Below are positions 50,401 through 62,056 of a stretch of DNA of 64,000 bases, one piece after another. The stretch's first letter is position 1; every line of letters begins with the position of its first letter. The DNA is taken from contig NMRA01000090.1 in assembly GCA_002633005.1 (NCBI GenBank), forward strand, positions 792,736 to 856,735. Reading direction: 5' to 3'. The DNA comes from Phoronis australis (Eukaryota; Animalia; Phoronida). Position numbers and translations under genes: made by a program. The notes beneath the pieces are model-generated. The model had not been told where the DNA came from. It saw only the letters and a program-made list of their open reading frames with translations, and searched no databases.

Positions 50401-53400
50401 AAAGCCCACAATCTTCATCATCTTCATAATTTTATTTTAAGCACTGCTCTTCCAAGCAACCAAATTTTGTTCCTTTCTGTGACACACACACCCCTTTACT
50501 TCACAGTTCTTGATTTTAATGCTTAGGATATCAGAATTTAAAGAAGTCTTTGAATGAATAACAAACAGATCCTTCACTTTGGAACATAAAAGCCACACAG
50601 CATGCCCAAATAGAGAAAAAATCACAAGTTATTTTTTAAGCTGTATGCTGAGAAAAATATAATGGACAGAGCAGAGCACATAATAGCGAGTATTTTCAAA
50701 GAAATTCAGATTTATCTGCCAGCCGCCAGGTTTTGCCAGAAAATTTCCCTTCGATGCCTGTTTCTTTAGATGAGAGGAGGCAGTTCTGTGACATTACCCG
50801 AAAAACAAAAGGTGCAGATCTCCACCAAAATTTCAGAACATGAACTGCAGAAATCGAAACGTGATAGCCATTTATATTTCTCAACATCGTCAGGCTTAAC
50901 ATCACTTTTGACCTCCTGAACAAAACTCTTAAAATAAACCTCCACATAACATGTATTGCTAGGGCCCTAGTAACAACCTGGGCCTGAGGTATAATCTTCT
51001 TTCGCAGAATCAAATTCTATGTTCTACTTCAGTACAAACTCAAGATAATTTCCATTATTTTGTACTCACAAGTGGTTTAGGTGCATGACCATGCAAACCC
51101 ATTTCTCACTTGGTGACCAAGTTATGTAAACCGAGTCTGAAGTCAAACTTTTGAGTTTGTAGCTGAAACCTTGTGGTCATCAAGTGCTAGTTTGGACTAC
51201 ACACTCCATGACATAACATGTTACTAGTATACAAACACAAAATAATAGACTGAATTCCTATTAATCAAGAATGCAAAAAGTCAAAAATGTCTTAGAGTTT
51301 GACTTCAAGAAAAATATTAGACCCCAAGCCCAGATATTTGCATTACGCAGTATAAAAACTCATATTTTTCATAAAATAACAAATGAACAGCAAAAATAAG
51401 AAACAATAAATAAATCTACTACTGGACTTACGCATGTAGCGATGGCTACGTTGCGTCCTCCTCTCGAGGACTTCATCAGGCCACTGAGTTGTCACGTGAC
51501 TTGTCATGTGATCCGTCGTGCAGTTTCCGCGGGATTCTCTTCAGCGCCCTATCCCANCTAGAGATGTGTCATCATGACTCTAAGACAACATGACACAACT
51601 AGAGATGTGTCATCATGACTCTAAGACAACATGACACAACTAGAGATGTGTCATCATGACTCTAAGACAACATGACACAACTAGAGATGTGTCATCATGA
51701 CTCTAAGACAACATGACACAACTAGAGATGTGTCATCATGACTGTAAGACAACATGACACAATTAGAGATGAGTTATTAATTACACGTATAAAGAGGTAA
51801 TGAATTCTTGGAATATTTCGTATCGTTTTCATTTTCTTGTTAGAAGCAGACGAGACTATAACAAACACAGAACAGCCTGAATATTGTAGTGGAACCAGCA
51901 GGCACCAGGTGGAGCTGGTATACCTTGAGTGGCAGACACCATGTTTGGGTGGACCAAGTCAACAGGTGGCAGGCCATGTTGTCGCAGGTCACGGTTGATC
52001 TCATCCCATTCCTCCACCTCAATCTACAACACATAACACATACAGATAGCATTGATCAAGTTGAAAAGTGTAATACAGAAAGATTAATTCTAACAGTTCA
52101 GTTTAAAGCCCACAATCTTCATCACCTTCATAATTTTATTTTAAGCACTGCTCTTCCAACCAACCAAATTTTGTTCCTCTCTGTGACACACACATTCCTT
52201 TACTTCACAGTTCTTGATTTTAATGTTTAGGATATCAGAATTTAAAGAAGTCTTTGAAGGAATAACAAACAGATCCTTCACTTTGGAACATAAAAGCCAC
52301 ACAGCATGCCCAAATAGAGAAAAAATCACAAGTTATTTTTTAAGCTGTATGCTGAGAAAAATATAATGGACTGAGCAGAGCACATAAATAGCGAGTAGTT
52401 TTAAAGAAACTCAGGTTTGGTTTATCTGCAAGCCACCAGGTTTTGCCAGAAAATTTCTCTTCGATGCTTGTTTCTTTAGATGAGAGGAGGCAGTTCTGTG
52501 AAATTAGCCGAAAAACAAAAGGTGCAGATCTCTACCAATATTTCAGAACATGAACTGCAGAAATCGAAACATGATAGCCATTTGTATCTATCAACATCGT
52601 TAGGCTAAACATCATTTTTGACCTCCTGACCAAAACTCTTCAACTAAACATTGTCAACCACATAACATGTATCTCTAACGCCCTAGTAACAACCTGGGCC
52701 TGGGGTATAATCTTTTTGCTCAGAATCAAATTCGAAAATATTTGTAACATTCTATGTTCTACTTCAGTACCAACTCAAGATAATTTCCATTATTTTGTGC
52801 TCAAGTATATAGTGATTTAGGTGGATGACCATGCAAACCCATTTCTCATTTGGTGACCCAGTTGCATAAACCGAGTTTGAAGTCAACATCTTGAGTTTGT
52901 AGCTGAAACCTTGGAGTCAACAAGTGCAAGTTTGGACTACACACTCATTGACATAACATGTTACTAGTATGTTAACACAGAATAATATATTGAATTCCTA
53001 TTAATCGAGAATGCAAAATGTCAAAAATATTTTGGAGTTTGACTTCCAAGAAAAATATTAGATCCCAAGCCCAGATCTTTGCATTACATACTATAAAAAC
53101 TCATATTTTTCGTAAAATAACAAATGAAAAACAAAAGTGGTCCCCTGTAATGAACCTATGGAGGGCCAGTCACCAGCCTGCTTCAAAAGTTAATTCTATC
53201 TGCACTGTTCCCCCACACTAAAAAATTCAAACAGTTCGCATTAACAACCACTTTGAAAATTCAAATGGTGTGCAATGCGGGCATATCATAGCGAACACAA
53301 ATATAATACTTTTTTGTTCAAAATGAAAAAATCAATTACGGTGTTTTCTCTATTACTTCGTACACTAGTGTACGAACTATTTTTCCCTTGAGAGCTTCGT

Positions 53401-56114
53401 GTACGAATTACTAGTGACAAAATTGGCCGTACAAATTATTAGAAAAGAAAGTCAAGTGTTCGAATTATTACAGAAAACACCGTATGTGGCGTGGTAGTTA
53501 AGCAGGTTAGAGGCAAAATCAAACAGGTTGCAGCGACCTGCTAAAAGACGTCATGGAGAACACTGACCTGGTTGCAGTCCAATATTTTTCCTCACCCTAA
53601 TATTAGCTTTCAATCAATTACATTTAGAATGCTACAGAATATTCGAAACAGTCACGAAATACACCTCTCTAAAACGTGGTACGGTTTATAGCTATAGACA
53701 ACTATTATAGTTACTATACCATTTGGTCATAACTGATGAGTGAATCAAGCAACTGATGGACTCTAAAAGTCAAGGAACTCTACCTCTTTAAGTAGCTGAC
53801 TACTGTACTCAGTAGAGTGGAAAAAAATCGTCACTGTTAAGTTCTAGTAAGAGAACTTCATAGAGTGTCGTTCAAGCTGTAATAAAACTGATGACCTACC
53901 AAATAGGCTGGTCTTATATTGTATTTAGAGTTGCATCAGCAGCTTCTAATTTAAAAAGATATGTCTTACTGAGAGGTCCAAATTTGCAGTGCACTACTTG
54001 ATAATGCAATTAATCTTCGTCTACTCAACAACTTGACATCAAGAAATAAGGGAAAATGAACCAACGCTGAGATTTCTTAAAAATAATCCAGATCAAAATT
54101 TAATTGAAATTATTGCAACAAAAGATGAATGAGTTCAGCAGATTATTTTCTAATTTAAGCTGTTGAAACACTGACAATCATTTCAAATCTCAGAGACAAA
54201 TGGAGAAAATCTGATCTACATGCAATAAAGCTAGGGGGCAGGCTGAACACATATTACTTACGATGTAATTTTTTGTGGTCCATACAAAAATACAAGGCTC
54301 CATAATTGAGATTTTACCCAGACAGTGAATTAAAGCTGAGTTCCATTCCCTGCTGACATACTTCTCCCAGACATCAGGCCACTGTGCTACAAATGGTCTA
54401 TATGAAACTTGGAACTTCAAACGGTGAATTCCAAAACCTCACTTAACTTATCAAAGAATGCCTGTGGCCTTTAAGCCAGCCACTAAAACTAATTTTTATC
54501 CTTTAATCAAGCAACTGTTCCAGCTATTTGAGTCCACTTCAATTCTAAGGTGGCCTTATCATAATGAAAACAAGGGGATTATTTTGAGTGAGTTATGATG
54601 TAAGGCTTACAGAAGGAGCAGCCACAATGAACTGTGACAACATGAGCACTGGCGGCCAGTGTGGTGTGAGACACTTGATACAAGGATATTTAATACTCTG
54701 GCAATAGATGGATGTCAGAACTGCTCACTAAAGTGAAACAGCCAGAGTGAAGGTAAACACACCAGTTTACAGCTGCCTCTCAGAAGCAGCCTCCTTGTGA
54801 CAACTTCTATTTAACAACCCCAGGGATGTAAACACAGGCAACACTTGTACAGCTTTGTAAACTAAAAAATCAACTAAGACTTTAGAATATTTTGTGATTT
54901 GTTGAGTAGGGTAAGCAAAGGTGTCACACAAAGGCTAAACAAAGCTTGGAATATTATCCATAACAAACTTATGTTTACAAAATTAACTAACGGTATATCT
55001 CATGCAATTTATAAGGTGGACAAGTGATTTTATATTGAATTTCTCTCATATTTCCATCAAGGATGCGTAACAGTTAATGCTTCATTATTTCCAAGCTCTG
55101 TAACCATAGCTACCCTCAGGTGGATCTCCACTAACAGGCATTCATAATGTTTGAAGCCTCAAAACCATGAAAAGGGGGGAATTCTAGCAGTTCCTTTTGT
55201 TTGCTACAAGTTGAGATTTTGGCCAGTTTAAGTTCCCTGGCAGCATACCTTCCAATTTTGTAGAATATTTTTTGTTCAATAAACTCTGGATTTCTAAATT
55301 AAAATAAATTGCGAGTTTCATACTGGCAAATGAAGTTAACAGAATTCATTAATTACAGTCATTTCAGAATATTGCTCAGTTCATTCAGACTATTGCGAGT
55401 ACTTACAATAACGTAGCAACCGTTGTTGAGTAGAAAATCTTGCCCCCTGCTGGTCGGTTTACCCAAAACCAGCATAACTGAACAAACATTATGAGTAATT
55501 ATTGCACAAACTGATGCATCAGTGGAAGGGAGTTAATTCAGTATCAAGTTCTGAAACACTTTCCCCGTGAACAAAAATTGTTACAGCCATATGAAGTGAA
55601 CTCATTGGACACAATAAAATTTTCAAAATGGTAACAGCTTTTTTCTTCCTATAGGAATTTATAAATTAATCTAGCATCATTAGTATTGTGTTTATGATCA
55701 GTTCTCCATATAGTTTTCAATAATCCTCACAGATTTGAAAACCAATAAATCAGCTTACAAGGCAATCCCTCAAGTAGCCAAAACGGACGTTTTGCATATT
55801 AAGTAATTCTAACTTTGAGGTAAACCTGAACTAAGGGGAAGTTTTTAATCAATGGAAGGACATTTTTGGCCCAGATGAGAGGAATTCTGCATCAATTTTA
55901 AACACCTTTCATAGGAGAAAAGGGGGATAGTAGGCTCCAAAATATGAGGTATAAAGGACCCTGCGGAGTTATGCATATGTCTCAAAATTGTTAAGCAGAC
56001 TCTGTGAATAATAATGACACTGACAAGCGGACAAACACTAACCTTGAAACGCAGGTGATGGGGGTTGGAGTCTCCAGCTTCATCTTGGGAGCCTGACTCT
56101 TCTGTAAACTGGAC
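32422..56114 (-). CDS. CEP70: Centrosomal protein of 70 kDa-like (coiled-coil)
   Basis: Exons (5'->3'): 56114-56043, 50319-50220 (or identical copy 52023-51924), 49708-49585, 48671-48575, 48023-47850, 47194-47109, 46336-46195, 45497-45331, 44733-44631, 43960-43862, 43289-43122, 41533-41393, 41298-41127, 40331-40217, 33803-33724, 32483-32422 (TGA). Phases consistent. CEP70-like motifs: [82 protein letters not shown]. Confidence 0.85.
34234..34373 (+). repeat. Left copy of 140-bp direct repeat flanking the DIRS element
   Basis: AAAATTAGCAGTTTTTGAACAG...CAACAGCTAAAATT; repeated at 39772-39911 with 4 mismatches. Confidence 0.95.
34537..34659 (-). repeat. DIRS internal complementary region (ICR)
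   Basis: 34537-34623 is the perfect reverse complement of 34368-34454, and 34618-34659 is the reverse complement of 39736-39777. It templates the circle junction GGAAT-AAAATT-ATAC. Confidence 0.93.
34741..35652 (-). CDS. DIRS tyrosine recombinase
   Basis: 303-aa ORF: ARSALS, GQRPQ (R), KQGR (K), PGSVRSA (HxxR position, G instead of H), GGWS (W), FSKYY (Y). The frame stays open upstream of the ATG, overlapping the pol end in the -1 frame. Confidence 0.93.
   Translation of the reverse strand: MASRRKSSSDLYSCYIKQWILYCSQRDIAPVFAPVGEGLSFLQTLVNHNKGYSVLNTARSALSSVMILPGNETFGSNPDVVRFMKGVANMNPPRPRYVDTWDVNVVLDFLKSWGPAKLLPIAKLTMKTVMLILILTGQRPQIISALNVDSMNISASKFTFTIASKDLKQGRLNYKPELLHLKAFPSDKRLCIYHYLTVYLKRTLDYRGSCKALFLTVTRPYKAATGDTVRRWIRNVLSEAGINVNVYKPGSVRSASVSKASVSGATVEEIMKAGGWSRPSTFSKYYKKPINRESKTLAEFVLH
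35547..38879 (-). CDS. DIRS Gag-like + reverse transcriptase + RNase H + adenine-methyltransferase-like polyprotein
   Basis: 1110-aa ORF. Pro/Ser-rich N-terminus and RRDIIKP..LLFG gag-like motifs. RT: FRFILNLKTLN, LDLSDAYYSIP, LPNGLSSGPRIFTK, YIDD. RNase H: TDASLQGWG, HINELEL, DNTT. MT-like: IDLFASRLN...YAFPPF. Confidence 0.95.
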   Translation of the reverse strand: MPKDSADRKSGSTSIEKPPKKTSSSSVTLPSIDSLTRASSPDRQPPPSEPSTTAASATAAQTPEPTTDRSLFNPPTLMPSWPPFYAPPPPHMGGYHYWPQPVPMEDYAHFAPSSDSEDETASTSPLSGAPLPHSAEPPFVGLLASHLADQSEEQAPPVSDAVASLVNSLWERGKAFDIKQAHDNHPRPDNITVHKTDLNEEIADVVQNHKTVKFKEGQLKSAQSAIARAAIPLTKLVDTLITTAPKHLNAKDLVDNTVDALGLLGYASAKINSTRRDIIKPHLNSKYHSALNKASASDKLLFGDQLGEKCKQASQALNLARTPMTARHSTRRPSPYPASYRRAYQRQPQHGYRPFLGEHSFVLSNAPNFMRAAARSGHVCQSATNTLALSLDRPTVHSKTAPTTEASHSHQTDCQPKIDLSSVSKISLVLSDLETSLARGVSYCVPKWRQITKDPRILAIVTGYEIEFDLLPTQTQPGTNAKFSPLEQQFLRREIQSMLAKQVIERCPHSPGQFVSPVFLRPKKVANEFRFILNLKTLNSYVAYHHFKMDTFESALRLVTRDCYFISLDLSDAYYSIPIARHHRKYLRFRHDDALYQFTALPNGLSSGPRIFTKLLKVPLAELRRVHDVTITAYIDDTLIVNSDPDKCENDGVLTATLLQDLGFTVSKTKSVLTPSQEIDFLGFHIDSRTMTVTLPPSKAEKLISLLNDFLCMDCISIRDVAKLVGTLLATHPGNRYAQLFTKQLEIDKNVALQQSGRNFESVMSLSQLAYQDLSWWTTNVAHCFAPVYLGDPDCVFYTDASLQGWGCNIPSRNKTFGGRWDYTEVTWHINELELTAVYYSLQSVFANMRNIHLRVMTDNTTTMQCIRHQGSVHSYRCNKVTRKIWLWLVERNIWLSAGFCPGKQNVAADTASRVFKDETEWTLLPHVFRKICTKFGNPSIDLFASRLNYKVKPFCSWQPDPEAALVDSFMCHWGNYKLIYAFPPFAILNAVIQKWIMDEADGIIIVPFWPTKPWFTMMTPMIIGTPFIIPATNHTLVLPSRPQARPMDKLYLMVTHLSGRLYRQKDTAHLSSPPSWRPDESPLQTSTAATSNSGFSIVVRGTLLQCLHL
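39772..39911 (+). repeat. Right copy of 140-bp direct repeat flanking the DIRS element
   Basis: Matches 34234-34373 with 4 substitutions; begins and ends with AAAATT. Confidence 0.95.
47530..47840. repeat. Degenerate short-period intronic repeat (ATTTGACTGTGACCCC-like)
   Basis: Recurrent GACTGTGACCCC / GACAGTGACC motifs. Confidence 0.65.
49020..49285. repeat. Degenerate ~35-40-bp tandem repeat
   Basis: Units like GCTGACAACACTAGAGGGTAGCCTACTTCACACTGTTG. Confidence 0.75.
49800..50070. repeat. 41-bp minisatellite with internal palindrome; second array at 51558-51770
   Basis: Unit ATGACACAACTAGAGATGTGTCATCATGACTCTAAGACAAC; ATGACACA/TGTGTCAT inverted arms. Confidence 0.92.
51443..51485 (-). ncRNA. 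Penelope-type minimal type I hammerhead ribozyme motif (variant core)
   Basis: Minus strand: GTGGC-CTGATGA-A-GTCCTC-gagag-GAGGAC-GCAA-CG-TA-GCCAT. Stem I TGGC/GCCA, 6-bp stem II, palindromic ACGT minimal stem III; GCAA replaces GAAA. Confidence 0.6.
51558..53135. repeat. Duplicate of ~49855-51395 including a CEP70 exon (possible uncollapsed haplotype at the N join)
   Basis: Collinear copy at an offset of ~1.7 kb starting right after N51557; exon 52023-51924 is identical to 50319-50220, introns diverged. Confidence 0.9.
53339..53482. mobile_element. Tc1/mariner-type MITE (TA TSD)
   Basis: TA-CGGTGTTTTCT...AGAAAACACCG-TA. Confidence 0.75.
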
Positions 56115-56431
56115 CTGTTGGGGACAAATGTACTTCAATACCTCAGTAGAATTCTATAATCAAGCGGTACCTTCTGACACAGCCTAGCTGATTGCACCAA
56201 AACATTGTGCAATCATTGAACGTAGCCTCATGTTATTATTGCTTTGGTTTTACCACAAAATGGTTGCTCAGTTATTTTTATGCGGGCACGGGTCCCAGTA
56301 TTTCTGGCATTAGTAAGGGGACACCTTAAAAAAATTTCATTTCTCCTAACCTCATGTCCGACCGAGTAATATATAGGTAATAACCTCGCATCCTGGTCGA
56401 TAGGTCATTTTAGCCAAAATTATTTCATAAA

Positions 56432-57456
56432 TATTTGTCCTAATAAGCACCCATGCCCCCCACTCGTTTTCAGACTTCTCTAAAATAAGTGTCCAGTCCA
56501 TGCACGTGCAGTTCTAAAAGTCTACAATAATGCCTAAAATGTATCAATAATATCCGAAAGCCCAGAAAAATTATTATGCACGGAATTTCTAGATCACGAG
56601 CCTTGCCACTATGTCGGTATTTAGCCTTGGCTGTACACTTCAAACTTCAGCTGTAGTGCTTTAAAAAGAACCCAAAAGTTTTGCTGATCTTGCGAGGAAT
56701 GTGTCCCACTATGGTCAGGCCTTTCAGAACAGACGCAGCGTACTTGTCAAATGGATTGTATTGTATCTTTCCCGTATAGATCTTCTCCCTCAACAGGAAT
56801 CCAGATTACTTTGTACACGTAAAAACCGTGAATCGAAACTTGACCAGTGTTACTGAGCACGTGGTCAAGAAGCGCGTGCTAGGGCCTACATAAAGTAGGC
56901 ATGCTACTCTGGCAAATGAACTCTAACACGCACGCGCTCGCTCACTCGGTGCACACATGAAGACTTCAAAACAACGTGTGTTCGTCTAGATTTTTCGCGT
57001 GTTGCGGAGTGCAATCTAGCGTATATTTCGACTTAATCTGTGGTTAATCCCGGCTCACAAGAACTTAAAAATCTTAGGGATGCTATTTCGAAAACTTAAG
57101 GAGGATTTCTGGTAATTTGTTGAGTCGAAACTGTATTTTTACTCAAGAATTTAAGTTGCCCAATCGACGATCACAAGGCAGTGATGCATCAGTCAGCAAG
57201 TTTTCGCCATGGGATTTCAGCACATTTTTTTAAATCGTAATTTAACAACAAAGTTTAATAGCATTGCACCACAGTATTGTAGACAGTCTGTCATAGGTTA
57301 CAGATACGTCACTGCGCGTAAATTTGATGAATCCTAGTTACCGATTTCATCCGTTTCCGAGACCGGGTTTCAACTGCCTTAGGCTATAACAAGTGCCCCC
57401 CCTATCGAAACAAATTTTTCTAAGCACCCTTTGTGCTTATTAGAGCAAATACGGTA
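56432..57456. mobile_element. Tigger/pogo-like MITE remnant, possibly with a nested insertion
   Basis: TATTTGTCCTAATAAGCAC (left, truncated) versus GTGCTTATTAGAGCAAATACGGTA (right), inverted. Confidence 0.5.
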
Positions 57457-57688
57457 GTCCTAATAGATTGTGACATCAACGCACAAAACGATGATTTTTA
57501 TTGACACTGGCAGAGCTCTTGGAATTTCACAACATATTCTACAGTAGGGACTGCAATAGCCTTGGTGCAAAGCTGTCTGCTAAGTATTTTGACGATAGTC
57601 AGATAGTCTTCATACAGCTAGCTGGCTGGTGAGTGGAATGAAGCTGTGTATTTGTAGAGTAGGCTAACTTGTTTGCTACTGCTAGCCA

Positions 57689-58083
57689 CAGTCGTCCTCA
57701 GCTTCTGATCGTCCCCTGTAGTTTGTCGTGTAAAGTCACGATGTCGATATAACGCCGTCCATCCGTAATTCATCGGTAATTTAAGTACCGTCCTTGACCT
57801 CGAGTCGTCCAAGATGGAAGTGTGTTTGGGCTTTTTGTGAACATTTTTGTTCTTTGACTGCGAATTTCTTACAAAGTCGCCAGAACAGGACCCCGTGAAT
57901 GGTATTGGAAGAAAGAACAATTGCCAATGGTTTGTTGAAACCTTGTTTTGTGTAAATTGATTGAGTTTTATGTTAGCTATGGAGGGCTGAAGTGAAGCAC
58001 CCGTGGAACTTCTAGTCGGGAGTGTCATACCTTGTAGTATTATTTGTAGTGTATTGGGGACGATCAGAAGCTGAGGACGCCTG
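57689..58083. mobile_element. ~400-bp element bounded by inverted repeats (MITE-like)
   Basis: CGTCCTCAGCTTCTGATCGTCCCC (~57693-57716) versus GGGGACGATCAGAAGCTGAGGACG (58057-58079). Confidence 0.6.
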
Positions 58084-58782
58084 TGCTGCTAGGCAATGAC
58101 CATCGCTTCTGTTGGCCCGAACCAGAGGCGATGCAGAGGCTATAGGCGCTCTGTACGCCGGAAGCTTTTCAGCGAATTATGCCTCGCATTGACTAAACCA
58201 TCAAAGTCACGTTGTTATAAATACCTTTTGTAGGGAGGACAATCAAAAAGTAGGTCACGGTGCTCCATATCTGCCTCCGTGTAAAACCCACGTCGGTAAA
58301 TTACCGATTTCAGACTTCAAAGTTAACTATAAGACAATTTTGTGTTATAAATCGTTACCTTAGTCTTTATTTGTAAGTTTGTAATCTGTTTGTCTCAAAT
58401 TATCACTGATAATCATTTTTTGTAAGCTTTTTTAGCGCACGATTTTCCGTCATGCGATCAATTTTCGAAAAAGTACCTCTTGTTCCTCCTATCCAAAAGA
58501 GCACTATACTCTCAAATACAAACATGAAATTTGGACAGGATGTAGTTTAGATGCGTGCGCATCTTCTCAAGTTGTTTTCTCGAAGTAAAGGCCAAGTTTT
58601 CATGGCGAGTTTTTGATCGTCCGGAAGGCCTAATTTTGGTCGGTCGGGAGATTGATGTTTTTCCAGTTGCGCAATATGCCCCCCCGATTTTTAGATGAGG
58701 AATTTATCACTCTTTTAATTGGTAATTATTTCATTTTCAGAAATTCTGTCAAACTGCTGCGCATTGGCACTTTTCAAACAGN

Positions 58783-58902
58783 GGGGGGCAAACCCCGACC
58801 TCCCCCCATTCAGTGCGATACGCATCTACAATCGTGGTTGGCGCAAATGCTTACAGCCGGACAAAATGTTGGCCCCCCTTGTGATATCCTAGATCCGCCA
58901 CT
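58783..58902 (-). mobile_element. Terminal arm of the CAGTGGCGGAT MITE family, truncated at the N join
   Basis: Reverse complement matches 13267-13400. Confidence 0.75.
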
Positions 58903-60193
58903 GTAATACACAACACGTGCTATAGTCTATGACTGCACTAAAACCAATGAGCGTACTACACTCCTTGCTGACACCCACTAAAACCTAGTCGTCAAAGCGA
59001 AATGCTGCACGTTCTAGTCAATCACGCGCTGAAGCCTTGGTGGGATGTAATCTATGTTCTTTGTAAATACATGTATATGCCGCAAACTGTCATCAAGGTT
59101 TGGTTGATATGTCGTGCGTGAAGTTATATTACCCAAAGGCATGAAATATCAAGCTCGTTCAAGATGCCTCAAAAATAGGCAACTAGAGTTGTCGTGTTTT
59201 GGGGAATTACTGATAAAAAATGGTTGCCTGTTGAAAAAATAGATTTTATTCGTCCTTGTCCACATCTGAAAGCTTGCAAAGCTTTTTTTAAACTTAAATT
59301 CGAGATGGATTGAGTTCTTCCAATAGCAGAAGTGTTGGTATCGTGAGTACTTTTAGCAATGCTACTTCCAACCGACCACACAACAGCCGACCATGATTAG
59401 CAGACGACGTATTTGCCGGAAATAACGCCAGATAATTTGGCCAAGTGTCACTAGTGAATAATGACGTATCGGCCTACGCGTAAGACCACAGATTTTGTCA
59501 CATTCTGACTTAGTTCGAAGTTTGGAAACTCGACGATTTACACTCGAGAAATCAATGGTCGTCCGCCTAAGCATAAAACCGGCTTGTTTTCGTACTCACC
59601 GAATAATTGTACTTAATATGCTCTGAATAGGATTGGATTTCACTCTCACAAATACCGAGTTGTTTCAACTGTTCATTGCTTTTACTATTTTATATTGACT
59701 TATATGGTCGTTATATGCTGCCGCCTTTTGTAAAAACAAAAAAAAACTTGCAAAAAAGGCCAGGAAAAGTGGAAAGTGGTTTAAAACAGTTCTAGTTCAA
59801 CCACAGACTACATTATTTTACTGGTATAATATCGATTAAAATTGGATCAGAATTTCAGTTCTGGAAAATAAATAATTTTGAAAATTAAGCAATAAGATAA
59901 CCAGAACATGAAAGTTGGACATAATATGCAAACATGTTTAAAACAATCTAACATTTTTGCTCTAAGTAAATACTCTTCTTGTAAGTTTTCCACAGTTCGT
60001 AATAGCTTCTCACCTGAATGCTGGCTTTGACTTTTGGAAAAAATGTTATGGCGCCTCAGAGTATGAACATTGCAACACAATCTTCCGTCCAGTGGTCGCT
60101 ATTGCGAAAATTGCATCTTATTAAAGCTCACGATAACCAAGACAGGCAGTGTCAAAGCTGTGGCGATGACTACTTCTGACATGCGCAGCAGAC

Positions 60194-60232
60194 CTCATCT
60201 TCTGCCTCCGAATCAGGACAGACACTAGCCAT
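60194..60232 (-). CDS. Candidate first coding exon of CEP70-like gene (MASVCPDSEAEDE)
   Basis: ATG followed by 13 codons ending in phase 0, compatible with exon 56114-56043. The donor GAG|GTCTGC is weak and there is no homology support. Confidence 0.35.
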
Positions 60233-62056
60233 TCAAATTTGATGAATGTGTATCACTGTCTGCGATTGTTTTATTCCAGATGGACCTTATTCATCTTCTA
60301 TTTGTGACCTCTTTCGTTTACTTTTTGGTCTTGTTGTTCTTGACACGATTTATTTCTCTCTTTCTTTTTCTTTTCAGTATTTTTTCATTCCCTGTTAACG
60401 CCTTGCCAACCAGAACAGAACTGTAATCCTCCGAGACTTGGTCGTCGGAAGTTGATTATAAGACCCCGATACAGTTGTTCTAACTTACCCAATGTCATAT
60501 TGTTTGAACTTTTTCTCACCTTTTAACAGTCTTCTTTAATCATAAAGTATCGAACTTGCATTTGCGTTTTATCGCTCATTCTCTCAGTTATTTTTTTTAA
60601 TTATGTTACGCTGTGTTGTATGTAACAATGCAATATAGTCAAATAAATTCAACGTTTTATTTTATTGTTGACCAATCTCTATCAATTCAAGTAAACTATT
60701 TTAATTTTCTTCAAATCAATCTTAAATGACTGAACTAAAACTTTCAACATTAATGTTGAGCTATACACTGTGTTTTGCAATAAAAAACAAGTGGGCAATA
60801 TTTTGATGGCCAATGGGTGGGCACGAAACTGTTAAGCTCCCAGCGTGTTGCATTTGTATGCGGCGTTTTTCCTTTGCCTTGTAGATCTCGGTTCGTGCCT
60901 GGGACAAATAGATATATCGCGTGAAAAAAACATCTTTTGTGTCATATTGTGCCACCGAGAGAAAACAAGAAACGAAGAACGACTGATAGTTCAGTGAAGT
61001 TTTGAACATTACACTTTGCTCATGCCTAGGATAGAAATATGTATTTGCCGTGTTTCATAGATTACATTTATATCGATTAGGCGAGGGGCGTTGCTGTTCA
61101 TAACGGTTTGGTTCTTGTAGTTACGTAGGCGAATTTAAGTCAGGAAATAGCCTAACTTTATCGTTTATCCTTTTGGTAATTGATTGCTTTAGTGTGGTCA
61201 GACTTACGTGATGTTGTAAGAACCCAGTTTACAAGTGTAGGCCAACTGGCTTTCAAGACAGGCTTTAAGTGAGCATAAATAGCGTTTTGTCATATGACAA
61301 TCAGCAACGCGGACGTATGATATCGCAGAATAAAAAAGGGTTGTCCTTCCCATCACAAACAATGCTTGCAATTTCTCGCCCGTCATTCCTATTTTTGGGG
61401 CACGTCCTGCCAGTCAGTCCTTCATAAATTCTCATCAGAACGTTCACTCGTCCTGCTTATGAGTTTCATTTACTTGGTTCGTCCTTCCCATGAGCATTCC
61501 GAGTTTATTTCGGACGATAAAGCCTGCGAGAGGTTTTGTTATTCTGTTTCATAGCCAGTCAAGGCGACCAAAGTACACTTCGGCATCAACCTCCGCACCC
61601 CTTGAGCATATCAATCCGCGCTTCCGACTAGGTAAAGTTTGAAGACTGAACCAGTGACCAGTTGGTTCTTGTTATTCAGTGGATAAATTGGTACCCCTGT
61701 GAGTGTTACCGCTTTGTCTCAGTACAAGCGAATGAGCCTAAATTCGTTCACACTTAAGAAAATAATTACCAGCGTGTGGCGGTGATTTAACACCGTTTTA
61801 AAGTCTGCCCAGAGCTAACAAAAGTTTCATCTCATTGTCGTTGATACTCTTCCCGATAGGTTTATCAAAGCCTGGCAGTGTCTAAAATGATTTATAACTT
61901 ACACATGTAAAACATTACAAAAACGTCCGATATGTTTACACGCACGCCCGCACACATGCACACACATACACACCACACAAACACACACACATACACATGC
62001 GACCGGTGGGGTGGGGGGTATATTTACTACTCAAACAAAATAGACGTACCATATAG

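Noticed and set aside
49800-51770. CRISPR-like palindromic 41-bp arrays
   Set aside because: No variable spacers; ordinary minisatellite.
59599-59680. Possible CEP70 coding exon ending in a TCG|GTGAGT donor
   Set aside because: The nearest ATG is followed by a stop and the open frame has no start or convincing acceptor; at most a 5' UTR exon.
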